Origin: Minisyncoccota bacterium
Lineage (GTDB): Bacteria; Patescibacteriota; Minisyncoccia; Phycocordibacterales; JABAAK01
Direction: 5' to 3'
Assembly: GCA_965204115.1 (NCBI GenBank)
Contig: OZ241963.1
Span: 532,622 to 596,621, forward strand
DNA: 64,000 nt
A program made the position numbers and the translations under genes. Below the pieces are notes generated by a model. The model was not told the DNA's origin, made no database searches, and saw only the letters and a program-made list of their open reading frames with translations. How positions within the stretch are numbered: the first letter of the stretch is position 1; every line of letters starts with the position of its first letter. This document shows positions 41,237 through 48,580 of the stretch, one piece after another.

Positions 41237-41440
41237 GGACTTCAATAGTCCCTGTCCTGCCGTGCGGTCAGTTTACTGACCACAAAAATGGACATACTGA
41301 AGTTCTTTAAAAGTGACCTTCCTTATTAGTGCCCGCAAGGGGTAGCTGCTTCGGCGGCATGGGAGGTCCATAACTATCTGATAGAGTTACGCTTGCCCAA
41401 CCGGTTTCCATAAGACTGGTTGGGCATTTGTTATTTTTAT
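41237..41440 (+). ncRNA. Structured leader or small RNA of about 200 nt between the consensus promoter and an intrinsic terminator, immediately upstream of the VirB3/VirB4-like genes (candidate attenuator, riboswitch or sRNA)
   Basis: Four hairpins: GGACT-tcaat-AGTCC, GGTCAG-TTTA-CTGACC, CCC-GCAA-GGG (GNRA tetraloop) and GCTGC-UUCG-GCGGC (UUCG tetraloop). Terminator GCCCAACCGGT/ACTGGTTGGGC at 41395..41425 followed by ATTTGTTATTTTTAT. No ORF inside. Confidence 0.4.
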
Positions 41441-41458
41441 ACGCTATACTGTGTTTGT

Positions 41459-41914
41459 ATGCGCTTTCAGGTTCCGCAAAATTTAGATGTGCCGGATACT
41501 ATTCTTTTGGGTTTGGATTTTAGGCAGCTGATTTACCTTGGTGGTGCTGCCGGACTTTTGGTGTTTTTGTTTCTGTTTTTTGGTATTTTGCCGACGGTCT
41601 TTATTGGTGGTCCGGTTGCTATTCTTGCGGGTTTTTTGTCGTTTTTTACCTATAATAACCAGAAGTTTGTCACGCTTTTTCAATCGTTGATACGGTTTTT
41701 TTCCCGGAAGAAGATGTATGTGTGGCGGCGTGGTACTATTGACGCAGCAGTGCGGCGCACAGCTAAGGAGGATGACTCCGTTGACGGGGAATTTGTGCAC
41801 CCGGACTCTTATTCGCAACGACAGCGGCTGGATAAGGTTCGTGAAGTGAGTGCCAATCTTGTTTTTTCTGATGATGGGGGTGACTCGTATGATGAGCTTG
41901 ATATTGTTCTATGA
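41459..41914 (+). CDS. VirB3/PrgI-like small 2-TM protein of T4SS-type systems
   Basis: About 150 aa with a two-TM hairpin (LIYLGGAAGLLVFLFLFFGILPTVFIGGPVAILAGFLSFFTY), directly before the VirB4 ATPase. Start chosen at the ATG downstream of the terminator; track start 41420 overlaps the terminator. Confidence 0.55.
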   Translation: MRFQVPQNLDVPDTILLGLDFRQLIYLGGAAGLLVFLFLFFGILPTVFIGGPVAILAGFLSFFTYNNQKFVTLFQSLIRFFSRKKMYVWRRGTIDAAVRRTAKEDDSVDGEFVHPDSYSQRQRLDKVREVSANLVFSDDGGDSYDELDIVL

Positions 41915-42531
41915 CTGCAAACACCACCACACAATCATTTGTTCCTTTGAAGGATATTCAAAATGGTATTGTTACCCGGGATGACGGTGTTTTGTGTGCC
42001 GTGTTGTTGGTTTCGTCTGTCAATTTTAACCTGAAGTCGGAAGATGAGCGGCAGGCCATTCTCTATCAGTTTCAATCTATCTTGAATTCGCTTGAGGTCG
42101 GTGTTCAGATTATTGTCCAGTCGCGACGGCTCAATATTAAGCCCTATCTGCAGTACCTTGAGGAGGTGTATGAAAAACAGACCATTGAATTGTTGCGTTT
42201 GCAGACGCGGGAGTATATTAACTTTATTTCTGATTTTACGGAGCGCAATGAGATTATGACAAAACAGTTTTTTGTTGTTGTTTCGTATTCCCCTGTTTCG
42301 TCCGGCGGTCTTGCCGGCGGACTGCCTTTTTTAGGCAAGAAGGAGGCGACATCGGAGCAAAAAATGACCGAGGAGCATGTTACGCAGTTGCTGCAGCGAG
42401 TTTCTTTTATCCAGAATAATATACGGGCATTAGGATTGCGAGCGGTGCAGCTCGGTACTGAGGAGGTGACTGAGTTGCTGTACAAGACCTTCAATCCGGG
42501 TGATACGCAGACGCCTCCTCCTGCAACTTAA
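41911..42531 (+). CDS. VirB4/TrbE/CagE-like ATPase, N-terminal domain fragment (206 aa) of a split gene
   Basis: VPLKDIQNGIVTRDDGVLCAVLLVSSVNFNLKSEDERQAILYQFQSILNSL matches the N-terminal CagE_TrbE_VirB region of Gram-positive-type VirB4 (PrgJ/TcpF-like). ATGA overlap with the upstream gene. Confidence 0.7.
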   Translation: MTANTTTQSFVPLKDIQNGIVTRDDGVLCAVLLVSSVNFNLKSEDERQAILYQFQSILNSLEVGVQIIVQSRRLNIKPYLQYLEEVYEKQTIELLRLQTREYINFISDFTERNEIMTKQFFVVVSYSPVSSGGLAGGLPFLGKKEATSEQKMTEEHVTQLLQRVSFIQNNIRALGLRAVQLGTEEVTELLYKTFNPGDTQTPPPAT

Positions 42532-42580
42532 TACATTTGTTTTGCCTCCGTGATGTTTATCTGGTGTATTATATTGGTAT

Positions 42581-44413
42581 ATGGGTATTTTTGATGCGTT
42601 TGGTGGCAAGAAGCAGGGGGATTCCTCAGTGCGTGCTGTTACTGAGGAGGATTTTATTCCTGAAGCTGCGTTCAGTCCGGCAACTATCGGCTTGCGGGAT
42701 GTTATCGCGCCGCCGGCTATACAAATAACTTCACGACATGTTGCTTTAGGGAGTAAGTTCGCCCGATCTTTTGCGGTGGTGTCATACCCGCGGTTTTTGA
42801 ACGAAGGATGGTTTTCTCCGGTTATTAACTTGAGCAAGGAATTTGATATCGCCATCTTTGTGCATCCGATGAATTCAAAAGATGTGTTGCGGAAGTTTCG
42901 GCGAAAAGTGGCGCAGGTTGAGAGTCAGATTATTGAACGGGAGAGCAAGGGGATGGTGCGTGATCCGAAGCTTGATACCGCACACCAAGATCTTGAGGAT
43001 TTGCGTATGAATATTCAGCAGGCGACTGAGCGGATGTTTGAGGTTGGGGTGTACATCACTATTTACGGTGAGACGGTTGAGGAAATCAATGAAGTTGAGA
43101 AAGATATGCGGTCGCTGCTCGAAGGGAAACTTATTTTTGTGAAGCCGACTGTCTTTCAGCAGGAGCAGGGGTTTCGGAGCACAAGCCCGTTCGGCACTGA
43201 TTTGCTTTCTATTCACACAAAGCTGAACTCTGAGCCGTTGTCAAGCTTGTTTCCGTTTATCTCTTTTGATTTGTCCGCTGAGAAGGGGATACTGTACGGT
43301 ATCAATCAGCACAATGCCTCACTTATTCTGTTTGACCGTTTTTCTCTGCCGAACTATAACTCAGTCACCTTCGCGACCTCCGGTGCAGGGAAGTCGTACG
43401 CCATGAAGCTTGAGGTGCTGCGATCGTTGATGGTCGGTGTTGATGTTATCGTGATAGACCCGGAGCGGGAGTTTGAGCGATTAGCGCAGGCAACGGGCGG
43501 TCGTTACTTTAATGTTTCATTGAATTCGGAACACCATGTTAATCCGTTTGATTTGCCACCGGTCGGTGAGGATGAGAATCCGTCCGATGTATTGCGCAGC
43601 ACGGTTATTAACCTTGTCGGTTTTTTTCGGGTGCTGCTCGGCGATTTGTCGCAGGAGGAAGAGTCAATTATTGATCACGCGATTCGTGAAACATATGCAT
43701 TGAAGGACATCACGATGGAAGGGGGTTTTGAGCATATTGATCCTCCGCTTATTTCTGACTTTGCGCTTGTGCTCGCGGGAATTGAGGGCGGTGAGCAGCT
43801 TGCTGAGCGACTCAGTCGGTATACAACCGGTTCGTGGGCCGGATTTTTGAATCAGCCGACCAACATTGATATCGGTCGGCGGTTTGTTGTTTTTTCTATA
43901 CGGGATATGGAGGATGATTTGAAGACCGCTGCTATGTATATCATTACGCGGTTTATTTGGAATAATATTCGGAAAAAATTGAAGAAGCGGCTGTTAGTGG
44001 TTGATGAGGCGTGGATTATGATGCAGTCGGGCGACACCGCTTCTTTTTTGTTCGGTTTGGTAAAACGCGGTCGGAAGTATTACCTCGGTGTGGGTACTAT
44101 TACGCAGGATGTCGGAGATTTTTTGCGGTCGGATTATGGTAAGCCGATATTGAATAACTCTTCTTTGATTTTGCTGTTGCGGCAGTCGGCGACTTCCATT
44201 GACCTGGTGCAGCAGACCTTTAACCTGACTGACAGTGAGAAGTACCTCCTCCTTGAGGCAGCGGTCGGTGAAGGGCTTTTTATTGCCGGTTTGAAGCGGG
44301 TTGCTATAAAAATCATCGCCTCTTTCACTGAGGATAAAATTATTACCACCGATCCGTCTCAGCTCCTTAATCAGCAGCGGGTTGTGCAGCAGCAGCCACT
44401 TGATGCGGTATGA
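42581..44413 (+). CDS. virB4: VirB4/TrbE-like T4SS ATPase, C-terminal ATPase part (610 aa)
   Basis: Walker A FATSGAGKSYAMK, Walker B LLVVDEAW. The TcpF/PrgJ-like middle region IAPPAIQITSRHVALGSKFARSFAVVSYPRF is also present. Confidence 0.9.
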   Translation: MGIFDAFGGKKQGDSSVRAVTEEDFIPEAAFSPATIGLRDVIAPPAIQITSRHVALGSKFARSFAVVSYPRFLNEGWFSPVINLSKEFDIAIFVHPMNSKDVLRKFRRKVAQVESQIIERESKGMVRDPKLDTAHQDLEDLRMNIQQATERMFEVGVYITIYGETVEEINEVEKDMRSLLEGKLIFVKPTVFQQEQGFRSTSPFGTDLLSIHTKLNSEPLSSLFPFISFDLSAEKGILYGINQHNASLILFDRFSLPNYNSVTFATSGAGKSYAMKLEVLRSLMVGVDVIVIDPEREFERLAQATGGRYFNVSLNSEHHVNPFDLPPVGEDENPSDVLRSTVINLVGFFRVLLGDLSQEEESIIDHAIRETYALKDITMEGGFEHIDPPLISDFALVLAGIEGGEQLAERLSRYTTGSWAGFLNQPTNIDIGRRFVVFSIRDMEDDLKTAAMYIITRFIWNNIRKKLKKRLLVVDEAWIMMQSGDTASFLFGLVKRGRKYYLGVGTITQDVGDFLRSDYGKPILNNSSLILLLRQSATSIDLVQQTFNLTDSEKYLLLEAAVGEGLFIAGLKRVAIKIIASFTEDKIITTDPSQLLNQQRVVQQQPLDAV

Positions 44414-44916
44414 GTATAGAGAACACAGCAAAATCTTTCGGGGCGGCATTTGCCTTTACCGGTGTGGCATGGCTTTCTGAGGTGATCAGTGGAGCATTGG
44501 GTTCTCTGCAGAGCTCTTCCGTTACCTTTCTTCTTGATGGCGGCATCACCGTCGGTATCCTGGCAATTACTGCCGGTCTTGTTGATTTTTTTCTCGGCAC
44601 TGATATTATTGCGACAGCTGCTGGGATTCTCGCGGTTTTTTTCGGTCTTCAAGCGTTTGTTTCTTTGCTGACGCTGTGTGTTTTTTATGCTATTGTTCGC
44701 ATGTCTCCGAAAGGCACCTACACGCTTCTTGATTGCATCATTGCTGCCGGTGTTTGCCTGCTTGAGGCGTTGCCATTTGTCTCCACTTTTGTTTTTTGGG
44801 GGATGTTTGCAGCTTACTTACGGCGACAGCAGATTTCACAGGTTGCTTCGATACTTCCTCAGACGCGTGCGTTTGGTGTTGTGGCAAAAGGTGTTCAGGC
44901 GTTGGGGAAGTCGTAA
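44410..44916 (+). CDS. Integral membrane protein (168 aa, about four TM) translationally coupled to virB4
   Basis: ATGA overlap with the virB4 stop. Hydrophobic; no known domain. Confidence 0.6.
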   Translation: MSIENTAKSFGAAFAFTGVAWLSEVISGALGSLQSSSVTFLLDGGITVGILAITAGLVDFFLGTDIIATAAGILAVFFGLQAFVSLLTLCVFYAIVRMSPKGTYTLLDCIIAAGVCLLEALPFVSTFVFWGMFAAYLRRQQISQVASILPQTRAFGVVAKGVQALGKS

Positions 44917-44975
44917 GAGCGATGGAGCGTTAGGGAAAGTTGGAGGTCTTCCGGATAAATAATTCGGGCACCTTT

Positions 44976-45710
44976 TTATTCCCCCTTTTTGTTACTTTGG
45001 AGGATGTTTGCTACATAACTTTCCAGTTGGGCAGTGGTGAGGGAGCCGACGCTTTCAAAGAGCAGTTCGCCGTTACCGGAGATGAATTGGATGTAGGGTG
45101 TTTCGTCAATATTGAGTTCACGGACATCCTGTATTGCTTGTAGTGTTTGGGGAGCAATCTCTCTTCCTTCTTTTCTGCATTGCTCAACTTTGTCAAAAGG
45201 GATGTTGAGGCGTTTCATCAGCATTTTGTAGCGGTCGTTGGGGTACTCAATTTCCATTACGCCGCCGATGAGGGACTCCTCTATGAATTTCCATGCGGTT
45301 ATGCGTGCTTGTTCGCCGGCATGGAGACGGATGCATTCAAGTGTTTGTGCTTTTTTGACGGAGGTTTCGTTGATGTGAAACCCATTTCTCCACACCCATG
45401 CCACTCTGCCGGACACCCCCCAGTCGCTTTTGATGAGTGTCTTTGCATGCGGGTGAAATTCTTTGCAGTACGGACATTCCAGATCGCCGTACTCCACGAT
45501 GAAGAGGTCTGCTTTCGGATTGCCGAATATGAGATCAATTTTTTTGTTTACTGGCCTGAAGTAGCGGTCATCACGGGTGTCTATCATCACTTCTACGGCG
45601 TTGCTATGCTGTACAAGAAGTACGGCACTCACGAGCAGGGCGATTGTGATGATGAGCACATCAACAGCGATTTTGTATCCACCTCTCTTTTGTGCTTGTG
45701 TTGCTTCCAT
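44976..45710 (-). CDS. DsbA-like thiol:disulfide oxidoreductase (thioredoxin fold), membrane-anchored
   Basis: CPYC active site (DLECPYCKEF). N-terminal TM anchor. Start at the internal ATG (MEATQ...). Confidence 0.8.
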   Translation of the reverse strand: MEATQAQKRGGYKIAVDVLIITIALLVSAVLLVQHSNAVEVMIDTRDDRYFRPVNKKIDLIFGNPKADLFIVEYGDLECPYCKEFHPHAKTLIKSDWGVSGRVAWVWRNGFHINETSVKKAQTLECIRLHAGEQARITAWKFIEESLIGGVMEIEYPNDRYKMLMKRLNIPFDKVEQCRKEGREIAPQTLQAIQDVRELNIDETPYIQFISGNGELLFESVGSLTTAQLESYVANILQSNKKGE

Positions 45711-45733
45711 ACAGTGTTCATTATATCGTGAAA

Positions 45734-46309
45734 CTAGAATAAGCTGACGGATGCATCTTCCACATTCTCTTCTCTTTTCCACTGTGAGGTGTCTATCGGT
45801 ATGGTGTGTATTGATCCGAGGTCGTTGTACAGGAGCTCCTCATTTTTCAGCGCGTAATCAAAGATGTCTTTTGTGATACGCACATCATCAATGCAGTACT
45901 GTTTCACCTCTTCAACCTTTCCTTGCTTCCACCATTCCACTGCCTGCAGTCCGTCGCCGCTTTTATTGATGCCGAGTGTTCCTTCGGCGATCCAGTCAAG
46001 GCGTATTCGTCTGCCGAGTGATTGACGGACACTTTCCAGGAGGTCAATGCTGTCGTACTCTTTTGTTAAATCCATCGGTGCGTATTTGTTCAGCAGAGGG
46101 GTGTCAAAATGGTTGTTGTTGAATCCGATGAGTGTGTCAATGTTGCGCATCACTTCCCAGAGATCCGGCAGTGTTTCCTGTGTGTATGCGGTGTATGCGT
46201 CGTCGGTGTAGCTGTATACCGCGATGACGGCGAGTGTAAGGTCCTCGGGGTTGCGTTTCTCGTTGTTAAACACATCTGAGGTTTCTATGTCAAAAACAAG
46301 TCCTTTCAT
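45734..46309 (-). CDS. DEDD-family 3'-5' exonuclease (RNase T/DnaQ-like)
   Basis: FDIETS Exo I motif. Later HFD and D motifs. Confidence 0.7.
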   Translation of the reverse strand: MKGLVFDIETSDVFNNEKRNPEDLTLAVIAVYSYTDDAYTAYTQETLPDLWEVMRNIDTLIGFNNNHFDTPLLNKYAPMDLTKEYDSIDLLESVRQSLGRRIRLDWIAEGTLGINKSGDGLQAVEWWKQGKVEEVKQYCIDDVRITKDIFDYALKNEELLYNDLGSIHTIPIDTSQWKREENVEDASVSLF

Positions 46310-46316
46310 AGTGGGA

Positions 46317-47543
46317 TTATGGTTTCTTAGTAATAAAGGTTACCACATCATCTATTGTGGTGAGTGTTTCGGTCTTTCTGTCCGCGAGTGCGCGTACGGC
46401 GAATGAGCCGTTTTCCAATCCGATGACATAGCGTATTCCCAGCTGTTCGTAGTGTTTATAGGTATCAGTGGTTTTTTTCTGTGGGATGGCGCCGATGAAT
46501 GTTGTTGTTGTGTGCTGCCGTAGTGCCGCCGCCGCGCGCATGCCTTTCGCAGTGTCCTGTTCGTCGGTTACATAGAGGGCTATAACGGCATTTGTTGTCG
46601 GGGTTGGGAGATTGTATGCTTCAAGGCAGTCAAGGAGCACGACATCACCCATGCCGAAGCCGACTGCCGGCAGCGGATTACCGCCGTATGCGGTGATGAG
46701 TGTATTGTAGCGACCGCCGCCGGCAACGGAACGCGGTGCTATTTTTTGGTCTTTTGCGTAGAGCTCAAAGACGATGCCGGTGTAGTAGTCAAAGCCGCGG
46801 ATAATTTTTTGGTCATACTCTGCGGTGATGGTTTTCGGGAGGAGTTCCATAACGGTGCGAACGCGTTCCGGTGTTTCGTTGAGCGCGTCGTCCAGCGCGA
46901 CAGCGGTTATGTCGTATGCGGACAACTGTTCGTCAAACTCCTTTTGACTCATTTTTTCCCGTTTATCTAACAGGCGCAAAGTATCCCGGAGCCGGTTTTT
47001 TGCTAATCCCAGATTGATGAGGGTGTGTTCCATAGTCGCGCGGTCATTCAGGCGGACAATGAAATCATCTTTTTGAAACCCGATTTTTTCCAGTGCGGCG
47101 AAAGCGACCATTATGACTTCTGCATCTGCCCATGCGGTGTCGTCACCGAAGAGATCAACATTGAGCTGTATGTGTTCCCGTGAGCGACCCTTTTGTGTGT
47201 TTTCATAGCGGAAGACACTGCCGATGGAGAATACTTTGAACGGTGTTTTGAATGCTCTTTTTTTTTGGAGATCAACTACCATGGTGCTGACACCGGGGGT
47301 GATTTCCGGCCGCAACAGCACATCGCGTCCGCCTCGGTCGGTGAATCGGTAGGTTTGCTCCCGCATAATTTCTTCGCTGGTTTTGTCGGTATAGATGTCT
47401 GTGGATTCAAGCACAGAGGTTTTGTATTGCTGAAAGCCGTATGCTGCTGCCGCACTGACCCATCCGTTGAGTACCTGCGCCAGTTTTTCGTGTTCTTTTG
47501 GAGGGAATATTCGCATTCCTTTCATATGTACACAGCATACCAC
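46317..47543 (-). CDS. hisS: Histidyl-tRNA synthetase
   Basis: Class II aaRS motifs: LRPEITPGV, FRYENTQKGRSREHIQ and GGGRYNTL. Confidence 0.92.
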   Translation of the reverse strand: MVCCVHMKGMRIFPPKEHEKLAQVLNGWVSAAAAYGFQQYKTSVLESTDIYTDKTSEEIMREQTYRFTDRGGRDVLLRPEITPGVSTMVVDLQKKRAFKTPFKVFSIGSVFRYENTQKGRSREHIQLNVDLFGDDTAWADAEVIMVAFAALEKIGFQKDDFIVRLNDRATMEHTLINLGLAKNRLRDTLRLLDKREKMSQKEFDEQLSAYDITAVALDDALNETPERVRTVMELLPKTITAEYDQKIIRGFDYYTGIVFELYAKDQKIAPRSVAGGGRYNTLITAYGGNPLPAVGFGMGDVVLLDCLEAYNLPTPTTNAVIALYVTDEQDTAKGMRAAAALRQHTTTTFIGAIPQKKTTDTYKHYEQLGIRYVIGLENGSFAVRALADRKTETLTTIDDVVTFITKKP

Positions 47544-47782
47544 ATTGCTGGCACTGCTTTGGCGGGGAAAGATGTATATACATAGGGGATTTTGGTGAAA
47601 TCCACACAGTTGCTCGAGGCGCTGTGAGTGTCCTGTATACTATTAGTATGATATTTGGGTTTGGAAAAAATAAAAAACAGCAACAAGTTAAGAACCAGGA
47701 GGGCGGGGATGCTGCTGATAAGCAAAATATGGAAGAAGGTGCGGCAACGCCGGAGCAGGAAGGTCAACCTTCTTAATGTTGT

Positions 47783-48235
47783 ATGCTGCTTGACACCTTG
47801 CGAAACGATATGCGTACAGCAATGAAGGCGAAAGATGCGGTTCCGTTGGGAACCTTGCGGATGGTGTTGACTGCTTGTACGAATGCTTTAGTCGCGCAAG
47901 GTAAGAAGCCGGATGAATCTCTGGATGATGCTGCGGTTGTGGCGGTTTTGAAGCAGTTGGTCAAGCAGCGGAAAGAGTCCGCTGAGCAGTATCGTGTTGC
48001 CAATCAGGAGGAGCGGGCAGCGGCAGAGGATGCGGAACGAGCGGTGCTTGAGCAGTACTTGCCGCCGGAAATGTCCGAGGAGGATATTCGGGCGATAGTA
48101 ATGAAGAAACAGCAGGAATTGGGAGTGACTGAAAAAAAGGATACCGGCACTTTGATGAAGGCGGTGATGGGTGAGCTGAATGGGCAGGCAGATGGTGCGA
48201 CGGTCTCCCGAATTGTCGGTGAGGTTCTTGCTTAG
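47783..48235 (+). CDS. GatB/YqeY-domain protein
   Basis: 150-aa helical protein with the YqeY-like pattern (VLKQLVKQRKESAEQY...). Confidence 0.8.
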   Translation: MLLDTLRNDMRTAMKAKDAVPLGTLRMVLTACTNALVAQGKKPDESLDDAAVVAVLKQLVKQRKESAEQYRVANQEERAAAEDAERAVLEQYLPPEMSEEDIRAIVMKKQQELGVTEKKDTGTLMKAVMGELNGQADGATVSRIVGEVLA

Positions 48236-48307
48236 TGTAAAGGTTGTTTCTTGCCTTACCCACAGCGAACGGTACACACCGAACACTACACAGAGAAATC
48301 GCGACGC

Positions 48308-48407
48308 GGAGTATAGTCCGTTCCGAGCAACTTAACTATGGGGAAATGTCCACCATCTTTTACAAGGCAGTGCCATCATTGTTGCGAGGAACGGAGCTAT
48401 ACGGAGG
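48308..48407. other. Long imperfect hairpin with a roughly 19-bp stem enclosing about 50 nt
   Basis: GTATAGTCCGTTCC at 48311..48324 pairs with GGAACGGA(G)CTATAC at 48388..48402 with one bulge; extended by GAGCAAC/GTTGCGA. Confidence 0.4.
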
Positions 48408-48427
48408 GTTGCCCCTGAAGCAGAAGC

Positions 48428-48446
48428 GTTCGGTGGATACCTGAGC
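48428..48446 (+). repeat. 19-bp exact inverted repeat copy B (GTTCGGTGGATACCTGAGC), 4 nt from the 3' end of tRNA-Thr
   Basis: Reverse complement of 27775..27793; seen directly. Confidence 0.8.
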
Positions 48447-48450
48447 CAAG

Positions 48451-48523
48451 AGCCACCTGTCGGACTTGAACCGACGACCTACGCATTACAAGTGCGTTGC
48501 TCTACCAACTGAGCTAAGGTGGC
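48451..48523 (-). tRNA. tRNA-Thr (anticodon UGU)
   Basis: Hand fold gives a 7-bp acceptor stem GCCACCT/AGGTGGC, a D arm, anticodon loop CTTGTAA and T loop GGTTCAAGTCC. No encoded CCA. Confidence 0.85.
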
Positions 48524-48580
48524 GATATTGGTATTATAGTACCATTTGTGTGTGTGAGTAGGCGTGATACACTGAGGTGT

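Noticed and set aside
41420-41458. ORF-track start at 41420 for the VirB3-like gene
   Set aside because: That start lies inside the terminator hairpin; the ATG at 41459 directly precedes the TM segment.
42480-42600. Simple frameshift or sequencing error as the cause of the VirB4 split
   Set aside because: The downstream frame has a TGA at 42551-42553, after the upstream TAA at 42529-42531. A single indel cannot merge the ORFs. Multiple errors cannot be excluded without reads.
47650-47776. Possible 42-aa peptide (MIFGFGKNKKQQQ...) upstream of the yqeY-like gene
   Set aside because: No SD, low-complexity Q/E-rich sequence, lies in the hisS promoter region; insufficient support.
27775-48446. 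The IR-flanked 20.7-kb segment as an integrated ICE or genomic island at tRNA-Thr
   Set aside because: Inverted rather than direct repeats, no integrase or relaxase, and the segment carries apparently essential single-copy genes (hisS, rsmA). Inversion breakpoints or a shared 3' motif are more plausible. The pair is kept as a finding.
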